Positions 8,407 through 17,597 of a stretch of 50,366 bases of DNA are shown here, piece after piece. Each line of letters starts with the position of its first letter. The first letter of the stretch is position 1. The translations under genes and the position numbers were made by a program. The stretch lies in the NCBI GenBank assembly GCA_040392045.1, contig JBEBWR010000001.1, forward strand, positions 1-50,366, given 5' to 3'. The notes beneath the pieces were generated by a model. It was not told the DNA's origin. It did no database searches and saw only the letters and a list, made by a program, of their open reading frames with translations. The stretch comes from Chthoniobacter flavus. GTDB taxonomy: Bacteria; Verrucomicrobiota; Verrucomicrobiia; Chthoniobacterales; Chthoniobacteraceae.

Positions 8407-9840
8407 ATGCGTGCTTTCGCTCCTCTCCTGCTCGGGCTGTCGGGGTCGCTCTTCGCGCAGCCCGCGCTGACGATCTATAACGCCGACTTCGCCGTGGTGC
8501 GTGACGAGATTCCGCTCAATCTGAAGGCGGGAACGCAGACGGTGGTGTACGATCGCGCAACCGCCACGCTGGAACCCGAGTCGGTAATCCTGCGCGATCC
8601 GAGCGGGAAGCGGTCGCTGCAAATTCTGGAGCAGAGCTATCGGAATGATTCCGCGACGGAGGACTACCTGCTGTCGTTCTTTGAGGGGAAGGAGCTGGAG
8701 TTTCTCGTCACGGCTGCGGACGGGACGGCCCGCATCGTAAAAGGAAAAGTCATCCGCGGCGGAGGACAAACGATGGTTGGGACCGAAGCGCCGATCATAG
8801 AGGTGGAGGGGAAGCCGCGCTTTTCATTGCCGGGGCAGCCGCTCTTTCCGTCGCTAGGCAACGACACGATTCTCCGCCCCCGATTGGAGTGGAGGCTGGA
8901 TGCGATTGCCGCAGGGAAGGTGAATGCGGAGGTAGCCTATCTTACCACCGGGATGAACTGGGAGGCAGACTACAACGTGGTCGCGCCGGAGAAAAGCGAT
9001 ACGGTGGATATCATCGGCTGGATAACGATGGAGAACCGCTCGGGGAGGAGCTTTACGGATGCCGCGATAAAGCTGATGGCGGGGGAGGTCAACAAGGTGG
9101 AGGACTCCATGATCACAGCAATCCGCGAGTTCAAGATGCCTTGGGGGGTGGGCGGAGAATCTGCTGCCCCGGTGGTCACAGAAAAAGCCTTTGATGAATA
9201 CCATCTCTATACGCTGCAAAACCCCGTGACGCTGCGGGATGGCGAGACGAAACAGGTGGAGTTTGTCCGAGCGACAGGGGTCAAGGCCAAGCGGCTCTAT
9301 ATCTATGACGGCGTAAAGGCCGACTGGAGCGTCTGGCGGAATCGCTTCATTGGCGCCGACCAGAATTTCGGCTCGGAGTACGATACCAAGGTGGCCGTGG
9401 TCCGCGAGTTTGAAAATACCAAGGAGAACGGCCTTGGTCTGCCGCTGCCGAAGGGGAAGCTGCGCTTTTATCTACAGGACGGTGACCGTCGGCTGGAGTT
9501 CACCGGCGAGAACGAGATTGACCACACGCCGCGCAAGGAGACCGTGCGCGCGGTGACAGGCAATGCCTTCGATATCGTGGGCGAGCGCCGCCGTGTGGAC
9601 TGGCAGATCGACACGAGTCGCAAGACGGCGATGGAGAAAATCGAAGTGAAGGTAAGGAACCGGAAGGACGAGCCCGTCGAGGTGACCGTAAAGGAACACG
9701 TCGCCCGCTGGATGAACTGGGAGATCACCGAAAAATCCGCGCCATTCGAGAAAAAGAACGCGCAGGAGGTGGAATTCAAGCTCCCGCTGAAACCGGATGA
9801 AGAGGGCGTGGTGACCTACACCGTCCGCTACACGTGGTAG
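8407..9840 (+). CDS. DUF4139/DUF4140-like secreted protein, paralog 2 (tandem duplicate)
   Basis: Starts 3 nt after the stop of paralog 1. Signal peptide is MRAFAPLLLGLSGSLFAQP. It is collinear with paralog 1 over its full length except for two short replaced segments. Confidence 0.7.
   Translation: MRAFAPLLLGLSGSLFAQPALTIYNADFAVVRDEIPLNLKAGTQTVVYDRATATLEPESVILRDPSGKRSLQILEQSYRNDSATEDYLLSFFEGKELEFLVTAADGTARIVKGKVIRGGGQTMVGTEAPIIEVEGKPRFSLPGQPLFPSLGNDTILRPRLEWRLDAIAAGKVNAEVAYLTTGMNWEADYNVVAPEKSDTVDIIGWITMENRSGRSFTDAAIKLMAGEVNKVEDSMITAIREFKMPWGVGGESAAPVVTEKAFDEYHLYTLQNPVTLRDGETKQVEFVRATGVKAKRLYIYDGVKADWSVWRNRFIGADQNFGSEYDTKVAVVREFENTKENGLGLPLPKGKLRFYLQDGDRRLEFTGENEIDHTPRKETVRAVTGNAFDIVGERRRVDWQIDTSRKTAMEKIEVKVRNRKDEPVEVTVKEHVARWMNWEITEKSAPFEKKNAQEVEFKLPLKPDEEGVVTYTVRYTW
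9656..9833 (+). repeat. 178-nt tract identical to 8219-8396
   Basis: Same comparison as for 8219-8396. Confidence 0.9.
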
Positions 9841-9843
9841 ACC

Positions 9844-11133
9844 TCAGCGGTTGAGATGCGCCTGAACGGCGTCCTCAAAGGCTTTCACCGCGTCAGGCCC
9901 GACGGTATGCGCCGAGTTCGGCTCCTGAACGATCTGCTTTTCCCCGCCGAGGACGTTGTAAGCCGCGTAAACGCTGGAGGGCGCGCAGACGGTGTCCAAA
10001 AAGCCGACGGAGACAATGCCCGGCGCTTTGACACGCGGAGCGAAGCTGGCCATGTCGTAATACTTTACCACATCGCGTACGATGGTTCGCTGGGCGCTGC
10101 TCTTCGGCAGCAGCCCGCTCGGCCAGCCGGGCGTGCGTCCGGCGAGGTCGGCACTCAGGTCGCACAGCGCGGGGACCCCGGCGGCGTAGAAGGTCACGCG
10201 CGAATCAAGCGCGGCGGCGGCGATGGCCTGCGCGCCGCCCTGACTGTAGCCATAGGCGATGATCGTGCGTCCGTCCCACTCGGGTTGCGCCGTGAGGAAA
10301 TCAATGGCGCGGATCAGGCGGAGAAAGACGCTGTTGAAGTAATAGCTGTCGCGGGAGTCGCTGCCCTGATGGGGGTAACGGTCCAGCTCTCCCTTGGAGA
10401 GTTCCTGATAGAAGGCTTTCGGCTGACCGTTTGGGATGCCGTAGGCGTTGATGTCAAACGCGAGCATGTTCTTGCCTGCCCATGCGGCGGCGCGATCCTT
10501 GCTGGCTTCCCGTACTCCTGCCGATTGCAGCAGCAGAATGGCTGGCAGGCTCTTTTCCGCCGCGCCGTCCGGACGCGCGTAGTAGCCCGTTACCGGCTTG
10601 CCGCCGAAGCAGTCGACCGTGACGTCAAAAAGCGCGATTTTCGCGTCCTTGGACTTCACCGGCGCCAGCTTCGCCTCCATCGGCACGGAGGTCAGGGCCT
10701 CCTTCTGGGCGGTCCAGTAGTCGTCAAAATCGTCCGGTGCGGGGGCCCCCGGCTTGAGCTGCTCCGGGGCGACCGCCGCCACGATGGCCGCTTTCTCTTT
10801 CTGCGGGCGCGAGAGGCGTGTATCCGGATTGGTCTCCGCCGTGAACGTGATAAATCCCGGCTCGTTCGCGGTGATCGTCACCGTCGTCTCGCCGCCTTTA
10901 AGCCGCACGCCCTCTTTTTTGATCTCCGTGGTCCCGTTGAGCACCGCCTTCCACTCCAGCCGCCCGTGGCGCGTGGCGGGTTCCGCCGTGGTAATCGTAA
11001 ACATGATTTCCTCGCCCGGTTCGTAGACCGCGCCTTCGCGGTCGAGCGTGATGGCGGGCGGTTCGGCCCATCCCGGGACAGCGGGGAGAGCCATCAGAGC
11101 GGCACAAAGCGGAGCAAACAAAAGGCGAGACAT
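9844..11133 (-). CDS. acetylxylan esterase / cephalosporin-C deacetylase-like (CE7-type) serine esterase with an N-terminal Ig-like domain
   Basis: Nucleophile motif GYSQGG and C-terminal ...EPNSAHTV. The internal ATG at 11133 gives the signal peptide MSRLLFAPLCAALMALPAVPGWA. The track ORF extends to 11241. Confidence 0.7.
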   Translation of the reverse strand: MSRLLFAPLCAALMALPAVPGWAEPPAITLDREGAVYEPGEEIMFTITTAEPATRHGRLEWKAVLNGTTEIKKEGVRLKGGETTVTITANEPGFITFTAETNPDTRLSRPQKEKAAIVAAVAPEQLKPGAPAPDDFDDYWTAQKEALTSVPMEAKLAPVKSKDAKIALFDVTVDCFGGKPVTGYYARPDGAAEKSLPAILLLQSAGVREASKDRAAAWAGKNMLAFDINAYGIPNGQPKAFYQELSKGELDRYPHQGSDSRDSYYFNSVFLRLIRAIDFLTAQPEWDGRTIIAYGYSQGGAQAIAAAALDSRVTFYAAGVPALCDLSADLAGRTPGWPSGLLPKSSAQRTIVRDVVKYYDMASFAPRVKAPGIVSVGFLDTVCAPSSVYAAYNVLGGEKQIVQEPNSAHTVGPDAVKAFEDAVQAHLNR

Positions 11134-11258
11134 AAGCAAAAATCGGTTGGCCGGGAAACTATGCCTCCTCCCTGCCCTTTTGGGGAATCCCAAAATTCGC
11201 TCCTCGCTTTCAGCATTGCCGTTCCCTTCTGCGCACGGCAATATGTCCGGAAGTACCT

Positions 11259-12173
11259 ATGAGCACCGACGTAATCTGGGGCATCGACCTCGGGGGGACC
11301 AAAATCGAAGCCGCCATCATCGACCGCGCCGACCCGTCGCGCGCCCTTTGGCGCGAACGCATCGCCACCGAGGCCGCGCAGGGGTACTCCCATATCATCG
11401 GCCAGATCGCCCGGCTCATCTCCCTGCTCGAAAGCCAGAGCGGCCTCAAGCGTCCCCCTCGGATCGGCATCGGTACTCCCGGTAATAGCAACCCGGCGGA
11501 TGGTCTGCTCTATCACGCGAACTCCCAGTGCCTCAACGGCCACCCCTTTCAGGCCGACCTCGCCGCCGCGCTCGGGATCGACATTGTCATGGCCAACGAC
11601 GCGAACTGCTTCGCCCTTGCGGAAGCCCGCTACGGCGTGGGGAAAGCCTATCAAACCGTCATGGGCCTCATCATCGGGACCGGTGCCGGCGGCGGTCTCG
11701 TCGTCAACGGAGAGATCGTCAACGGTCGCCACGGCATCGCGGGGGAATGGGGACAGATCGTCCTTGATCCCGGCCCCGAGGCTCCTCTCTCCGCCTACGG
11801 TACGCGCGGTACCATTGAGTCATTCATCGCCGGACCGTCTCTGGAGAACTGCTACGAGCGCCTCACCGGCCAGCGCCGTCCCCTGCGGGAGATTGTCGCT
11901 CTTGCCGAAGCCGGGAGCGATCCCGCGGCCTCCGCCACCATGGAGCAGCTCGTCGAGCGCTTTGCGCAGGGCGTCTCCATCCTCATCAACCTTTTCGATC
12001 CCCACGCCATCGTCATCGGTGGCGGCGTCTCCAACCTCGACATTCTTTATACCCCGCGAGTCCGCGAAAAGCTGCAAACCCACGTCTTCCAGCAGGACTT
12101 CACCACCCCGCTCCTTCGGGCCGAGTTGGGTGATAGCGCCGGAGTCTTCGGCGCAGCGATGCTCGTCGGGTAA
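11259..12173 (+). CDS. ROK-family sugar kinase (NagK-like), zinc-motif-less variant
   Basis: N-terminal DLGGTKIE, ANDANCFALAE, GTGAGGG and GGGVSN motifs are collinear with N-acetylglucosamine kinase-type ROK proteins. 304 aa. Confidence 0.8.
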   Translation: MSTDVIWGIDLGGTKIEAAIIDRADPSRALWRERIATEAAQGYSHIIGQIARLISLLESQSGLKRPPRIGIGTPGNSNPADGLLYHANSQCLNGHPFQADLAAALGIDIVMANDANCFALAEARYGVGKAYQTVMGLIIGTGAGGGLVVNGEIVNGRHGIAGEWGQIVLDPGPEAPLSAYGTRGTIESFIAGPSLENCYERLTGQRRPLREIVALAEAGSDPAASATMEQLVERFAQGVSILINLFDPHAIVIGGGVSNLDILYTPRVREKLQTHVFQQDFTTPLLRAELGDSAGVFGAAMLVG

Positions 12174-12224
12174 AAAAGAAGTGGCAATTTCCTCCGCATG
12201 AGCGAATAGGGGGAGGACAAATTT

Positions 12225-12656
12225 ATGAAAGCACTAAAATGTTTCCTTCAAACCCGGGAAGACTGGGGTCTGCTCGTTCTCCGTTTGGGCGTTGCCACCG
12301 CGATTTTTCCTCACGGTGCCCAAAAAGCGCTCGGCTGGTGGGGAGGCAACGGGTTTGCCAAAACATTGGAAGGCTTTTCCGCGAACATGGGCATCCCGCC
12401 TTTTATCGGAGCCCTCGCCGTCGCTGCTGAATTCCTCGCTCCGATGGGGCTCGTCCTCGGCCTGCTGACGCGGCTTTCCGCCCTCGGGATTGCGATTACC
12501 ATGTGCGTAGCCGTCTCGGTTCACGCTTCCAACGGCTTCTTCGCCGGGAACGGCGGCTTCGAATACCCGCTCACCATCGCCTTCGCGGCGATCGCCCTCG
12601 TCCTGAGCGGCGGCGGAAAATGGGCTGCCGACAACCTGCTGGCCAGGAAGCTCTAA
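12225..12656 (+). CDS. DoxX-family membrane protein
   Basis: 143 aa with 3-4 hydrophobic helices. N-terminal DWGLLVLRLGVATAIFPHGAQK is typical of DoxX. Confidence 0.8.
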   Translation: MKALKCFLQTREDWGLLVLRLGVATAIFPHGAQKALGWWGGNGFAKTLEGFSANMGIPPFIGALAVAAEFLAPMGLVLGLLTRLSALGIAITMCVAVSVHASNGFFAGNGGFEYPLTIAFAAIALVLSGGGKWAADNLLARKL

Positions 12657-12778
12657 GGCGGCGCCCCGCGGCTTCCGCCGGGCTACCCCAAAGGCCAAAC
12701 CGACATCTCCGGGGAAATAGCTTGCGTCCGCCTTTCTCCGGCAGATAGTAGATGCGCTCTTGAAGCGCCTCCCGATAC

Positions 12779-12850
12779 GTCCCTGTAGTTCAACGGATAG
12801 AACAAGGGTTTCCTAAACCTTAAATCCGGGTTCGATTCCCGGCGGGGACA
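12779..12850 (+). tRNA. tRNA-Arg (anticodon CCT)
   Basis: Hand-folded cloverleaf. Acceptor GTCCCTG/CGGGGAC (one G-U pair), D arm GTTC..GAAC, anticodon stem AGGGT/ACCTT with loop TTCCTAA, T arm CCGGG-TTCGATT-CCCGG, discriminator A. No CCA is encoded. Confidence 0.85.
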
Positions 12851-13046
12851 TGGCTCTGAGATTCAAGTAAATCGTTGGATTTCACTGGATCACACGTCTG
12901 AACCGCCCTGGATTTATACGCCAATTATACGCCGGATTTGGGCGTTTCTTAATGGCGAAGGCGCATTTGACTGGCACGAACCGATCACCCCGTTTGTGTC
13001 AGGCCGGGACTTCTACCTCCCCTTCTTCAGACAAAAAAGAGCTTGA

Positions 13047-13060
13047 TTAACACGAATTAA
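13047..13060. promoter_or_regulatory. imperfect CG-centred 14-nt palindrome TTAACACGAATTAA (candidate LacI-type operator)
   Basis: 10 of 14 positions are symmetric. It lies in the AT-rich gap about 110 nt upstream of the 13170 gene and shares TAACACG with the 6782 repeat. Confidence 0.2.
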
Positions 13061-13169
13061 TTGATTGAAATTGCCTCATTGCGCGGGAATAGCGTCGGCC
13101 AGCGTTCTCTTTCGGAGGCTGAGCGGGGCGGATTCCCTCCTGAAACTCTCCCTACCACATCCCCCGCTT

Positions 13170-14753
13170 ATGAAAACATCGCTACTACGTCTTCTGGCAT
13201 TTGCTCCCGTTGCCGCCTTGTGCCTGCCGCTGCACGCGGCGGACTACAATTTCGTCAAAGGAAACGGCAGCAAGTTTCTGTGGGATCAGAATGGCCTATG
13301 GGTGGACAGCAGCGGCACCCCCTACGCGGACGGCATCCATCCCGGCGCTGGCAGTAGCGTGATGGGTAACTATAACGGAGACGGCATCGGCGTCCCTAGT
13401 CTCTATCTGAATGGAGACCGAACGATCCGTACGCTCATCGGCGACAAGATTTCCGCTACCAACCAGACCAGCACCCGAATTTACAGCGGCCACTCCACAG
13501 CGGTAAATAGCGGCGCGGCCAACACTCTGACTCTCACAGAGTCCCTTGATATCCGGGCAGGGATCTACAACTTCTGGAGCGGTATCGGTACCAGCGGCAC
13601 TCCGGTGGTGTCTGCCCTGAAGATCAATACCCCGGTCTTCCGTCTGGGCACTGCGGAGTATACGAATACCACGGATAACATCATGGTTGCCCGTGCGCAG
13701 TTTGGCTCTTCGTCGGCAAACTCCAGCTACGTCAGCTTTACCTCGCAGGAAACGTACTTCTCCGGAGTCGCCTCGCGGATTGAAGTAGGCGCTGGAACTA
13801 CCGCCGCCAATACTTCCATTAGCCTCGGGCATGTCACCTTTGATATAAACCCCGCGAGCGTAAGTACCAGCGGGATCGAGACGAGTACCGGTACGCCCAC
13901 GATCATCGTCGCCAGCCTTCACCGTACGACAGAGGGTGGCGTCGTGCGTATCATTGGAAATGGCACGCTGGTGATTGACCCCGATTCCTCCACATCGGTG
14001 GTAACCGGTGTGCGCGACTATTCCGGCAGAATCGGCGATGGCATGCGCGTAGAGAAGAAAGGCGACTCCCTTCAGGTTCTCTCGGCGGCGAATGATTACA
14101 CAGGCGGTACGGCTATTAATGGCGGCATACTCGCAGTGCAGAACACCACCGGCTCCGGCCTTGGCACCGGTGCGGTTACCATCGCCGATGGCGGCATCCT
14201 TGCTGGCGGCGGCCGGGTGGCGCTGGGCACCGGGAACACCATTGTCGTGGAAAGCGGCGGCGCGATTGCCCCCGGCGAGGCAAACCGGCTTGACGACGAC
14301 GCTCCGCTCGCATACGAGAACCTGACCATCGTTAATACCGGGCTTCAGTTTGAGAACGGTGCGGCGCTCCACCTCCGGGTGGGTCTGGATGGCTCGGCAG
14401 ACCGGATTGACCTGACTAGCTATACATCCGGGCAACTCCTCTTCGGCATTGAGGGGCTTGCAGTCGACATTACTGGAGACCTCGCCGAAGGGCAGACTTA
14501 TACACTGTTTACCTTTACCAACAGCAGCGGCTCGGAGGTCGCCAGCGGTCTGACGGAAGGGCTTTTCGCCAATACCGGCTTTGACGGGTTTAGCGCTACG
14601 TTCCATTACGATGACGCCCTCTACGGCGGGACGGGCGTCATCAGCATGACAGTAGTCGCTATCCCCGAGCCGGGGACAGCGCTCCTGCTGCTCCCCATCC
14701 TGGGTGGATGGGTCTGCTGCCGGTTCCGCTCGAAGCGCCCTCGCGTTCTCTAA
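13170..14753 (+). CDS. autotransporter-associated beta-strand repeat (PATR) protein with PEP-CTERM anchor
   Basis: The ATG at 13170 gives the signal peptide MKTSLLRLLAFAPVAALCLPLHA. The repeat region is LSAANDYTGGTAINGGILAVQNTTGSGLGTGAVTIADGGILAGGG. The C-terminus is VAIPEPGTALLLLPILGGWVCCRFRSKRPR. Confidence 0.85.
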   Translation: MKTSLLRLLAFAPVAALCLPLHAADYNFVKGNGSKFLWDQNGLWVDSSGTPYADGIHPGAGSSVMGNYNGDGIGVPSLYLNGDRTIRTLIGDKISATNQTSTRIYSGHSTAVNSGAANTLTLTESLDIRAGIYNFWSGIGTSGTPVVSALKINTPVFRLGTAEYTNTTDNIMVARAQFGSSSANSSYVSFTSQETYFSGVASRIEVGAGTTAANTSISLGHVTFDINPASVSTSGIETSTGTPTIIVASLHRTTEGGVVRIIGNGTLVIDPDSSTSVVTGVRDYSGRIGDGMRVEKKGDSLQVLSAANDYTGGTAINGGILAVQNTTGSGLGTGAVTIADGGILAGGGRVALGTGNTIVVESGGAIAPGEANRLDDDAPLAYENLTIVNTGLQFENGAALHLRVGLDGSADRIDLTSYTSGQLLFGIEGLAVDITGDLAEGQTYTLFTFTNSSGSEVASGLTEGLFANTGFDGFSATFHYDDALYGGTGVISMTVVAIPEPGTALLLLPILGGWVCCRFRSKRPRVL

Positions 14754-14833
14754 GGCCAATTGAGGTTACAAAGGCTTCCTCTTTGCCTTTTCCCTTCCCC
14801 TCTGCGATCCTCTTCAATCCAAGAAATATCTTA

Positions 14834-16033
14834 ATGTCATTCAAGCCTCCAGCTACGGGTACGACTCAGCGGGATATTGCTCAGGCGCTAGCCCTGTCGC
14901 GTTCGACCGTAGCGTTTGCGCTGAATCCCAAGCATCAACACAAGCTTCCACCGGGAACCGTGCGGCTTGTTCGGGAGAAGGCGGAAGAGCTGAACTACCA
15001 TCCCCGGCGGGAAGCGCAGATTCTTCGGGAAGGGCGCAGCCACTCCATCGGCGTGGTCTTTCGTACCCCGATCTACCATGCCCAGCACGAAGGGGCATCG
15101 CTCCTCGCGCAGGAGGCCCTGGCGAGAGGCTATCAGCCCACGGCGATTGATCTGCAATGGTTTAATCGCGATGTGGACGCGGCCCGCCGACATCTCCTTG
15201 ATAGCTCACCGGATGGTGCGATCCTCAATAACCTTCGCGATGAAGAAGCCAAGGCATGGGAGCAGTTTCTCCGACAGCGGAATATTCCTCTCGTAAGCAT
15301 CGGGGAAGTGATCGAAGGCGAAAGCGACTCCACGATCATCGGAGCAGATCGGACGAGAGCCTTTCGGGAGTTGACCCGACATCACCTCGACTGCGGCAGT
15401 CGGAATGTCGCGCTGATCCTTCCGCATCGGATGGAGTCGGGGGTACGGCTGCTGCCGCCGCGCCCGCTGCTTCTCCAGCGTCTTGCGGGGTTTCGCGAAG
15501 CGATCGAAGCCGCAGGAGGCACGGTGGAAGCCGATAAAGAGGTCAGCCGGATTTTTCAACTGGCCCCACCGCAAAAGCGCACGAATAAGCAGGCGATTCG
15601 CGGCACGGTCCTCTACCTCTGCCTTGACGACAACGAAGCCGGTAATGTTTTCAAGGTCGGCTACGACTACGTGATGAAGGCCCACCGCTCAGGAGAGCTT
15701 CCGGAGTCGCTCATCTGTTCCAATGACGATATCGCGGGTGGAGCGATTACAGCGGCGATTGAGCTGGAGATCCCTATACCGGGTCGTCTGAAGATTTCCG
15801 GAGCGGACGACGCCTCTTTCTCTGCCTACTGCGGCGTGCCGATTACGACCGTGCGTCCGCCCACCCGGCAGATGGTACAGATGGCTATCGACGAGCTTAT
15901 GGCCCGCATGGAACAGCGCCATGCTGCGCCAGCGCCCTGCCAGATCGTGATGCCTTATGAATTGGTCGTGCGAAGGTCCACCTGCCATCCTGCGGCCAAC
16001 CGTGGCAAAAAGGCAGCTCCCGTATCGGCTTAA
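14834..16033 (+). CDS. LacI-family transcriptional regulator
   Basis: The ATG at 14834 gives MSFKPPATGTTQRDIAQALALSRSTVAFALN (HTH), followed by a sugar-binding-domain-like C-terminus. The track ORF is over-extended to 14708. Confidence 0.85.
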   Translation: MSFKPPATGTTQRDIAQALALSRSTVAFALNPKHQHKLPPGTVRLVREKAEELNYHPRREAQILREGRSHSIGVVFRTPIYHAQHEGASLLAQEALARGYQPTAIDLQWFNRDVDAARRHLLDSSPDGAILNNLRDEEAKAWEQFLRQRNIPLVSIGEVIEGESDSTIIGADRTRAFRELTRHHLDCGSRNVALILPHRMESGVRLLPPRPLLLQRLAGFREAIEAAGGTVEADKEVSRIFQLAPPQKRTNKQAIRGTVLYLCLDDNEAGNVFKVGYDYVMKAHRSGELPESLICSNDDIAGGAITAAIELEIPIPGRLKISGADDASFSAYCGVPITTVRPPTRQMVQMAIDELMARMEQRHAAPAPCQIVMPYELVVRRSTCHPAANRGKKAAPVSA

Positions 16034-16076
16034 AAATACCATGCGCCGCACACCCGTTCCGGGAGAGGTGCGTTGC

Positions 16077-16084
16077 AAGCGCTT
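16077..16084. promoter_or_regulatory. perfect palindrome AAGCGCTT (AANCGNTT core; candidate LacI-type operator)
   Basis: Lies between the LacI stop (16033) and the next gene start (16124), in the context TTGCAAGCGCTTCT. Confidence 0.25.
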
Positions 16085-16123
16085 CTCCGCAGGCTACGAA
16101 AGGCGGGTTCTCAATTTTAGATC

Positions 16124-17584
16124 ATGACCATCAAACATATTACCTTTGGACTGGCAGCGCTCGCGCTTGCTTCCATCGCTTCGAGTGCCGCTGATTTCGG
16201 ATTCCAGCTAGGCAATCAGGCAAAGATCACTTGGACGGAGGATGGGTTCTGGCAGAGTCGCGAGGGCGTTACCTATCCCGCCGGGCAGTATCCCGGCCCG
16301 GAAGATACCCTGTTTGCTTTGGACTACGACGAGGGGCAGGGAGAAGGCATTCCGAACTTTTATCTCGATGGTGATCGCGTCATCCGGCGTCTGGAAGGAA
16401 GCCCCCGCAGCCAGACCCGCATCATCTCCGGAAGCTACGAGCGGGGCACTATCGGCGTTCATAACAAGCTGACGATTACCGAGATTTTTCATCTCAAGGC
16501 GGGAACGTACTATTTCTTCAGCGGGAGAGAGGGCGAGTTGAGCGTGGAGGCTCCCGAAGTACTGATCGGATCGGAAGAGAATACCACCGACCGTGCCCGC
16601 ATCCAGATTGGAGCGGAGGGGCAGGGAAGCGTTCAGTTCTCCGCGCAGAAAACGACCCTCTCCGGCTACAACCCCCGTATCTCCTTTTCACCGGGATTTG
16701 ATACGGTGAAGGGCTTCGTCAGCCTCGGCCACGTCATCTTTGAGATGGAACCGCACGGCGTGGATAACTGGAGCGTGGCCGGGATCGAACTCGATACCTC
16801 CGGCGGAACGCTGCGCGTAGCCAGCCTTCATGGCGTGGATTACGAAAAACGCGGACGCATTGAAGGGGCCGGGATGATCCTGATCAACCCCGCCTTTTCA
16901 ACTCTCCCCCTGGAGAAGCCGGCGAATTTCAACCGCCAGATCAAGGGAACGCTGGCGCTACGCAAAGAGGGCAGCTCTTTACAGACCCTCTCCGCGAATA
17001 ACTCATACACCGGAGGCACAGAGATCGCCGAGGGAACTCTTGCCATTTGCAATGAAAAAGGGTCCGGGCTGGGAAGTGGCGCAGTGATCGTGGAAACGCA
17101 CGGCATCCTCTCGGGCGATGGCATTGTGGAGCTGGCGCAAGGGCAGACGCTCACCGTACATGGCGGTGGAGAGATCTCCCCCGGAGCGGAGAGCCGCGAA
17201 CTGGAGAAATCCGGAGCCGAGCCGCTTCCCTTTCGCACGCTGACTATCAGCGGCACCTCCGTACAAATGGACGATGACGCCGTCTTCTCCTTCCGGGTCG
17301 GCGCGGACGGCTCCTGCGACCGCGTAGCCTTTACGAACTACCCGCCCAAGTCGCTCACCCTTGGACGAGGCGGAGTATTCGTCAATATCTCCGGATCGCC
17401 CGCCGCTCATCAGACCTACACCCTGCTTACCTTCTCCGCTGAGCATCAGCCAAGCGCCAGCGGTCTTGTCGAAGGGTTGAAAGCCGGGAAGGGGTTTGAA
17501 GGGTATCACGCTACTTTCCATTATGATCAACCCGCGCAGGGAGGCGTCGGCTCCATTTCCATGACGCTCACCTCTGCCCCATAG
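16124..17584 (+). CDS. autotransporter-associated beta-strand repeat (PATR) protein, paralog of 13170-14753 without a PEP-CTERM tail
   Basis: Signal peptide is MTIKHITFGLAALALASIASSAA. LSANNSYTGGTEIAEGTLAICNEKGSGLGSGAVIV is present. It is collinear with the 13170 protein but ends ...GSISMTLTSAP*. Confidence 0.85.
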   Translation: MTIKHITFGLAALALASIASSAADFGFQLGNQAKITWTEDGFWQSREGVTYPAGQYPGPEDTLFALDYDEGQGEGIPNFYLDGDRVIRRLEGSPRSQTRIISGSYERGTIGVHNKLTITEIFHLKAGTYYFFSGREGELSVEAPEVLIGSEENTTDRARIQIGAEGQGSVQFSAQKTTLSGYNPRISFSPGFDTVKGFVSLGHVIFEMEPHGVDNWSVAGIELDTSGGTLRVASLHGVDYEKRGRIEGAGMILINPAFSTLPLEKPANFNRQIKGTLALRKEGSSLQTLSANNSYTGGTEIAEGTLAICNEKGSGLGSGAVIVETHGILSGDGIVELAQGQTLTVHGGGEISPGAESRELEKSGAEPLPFRTLTISGTSVQMDDDAVFSFRVGADGSCDRVAFTNYPPKSLTLGRGGVFVNISGSPAAHQTYTLLTFSAEHQPSASGLVEGLKAGKGFEGYHATFHYDQPAQGGVGSISMTLTSAP

Positions 17585-17597
17585 ATTCTCTTTTGTT

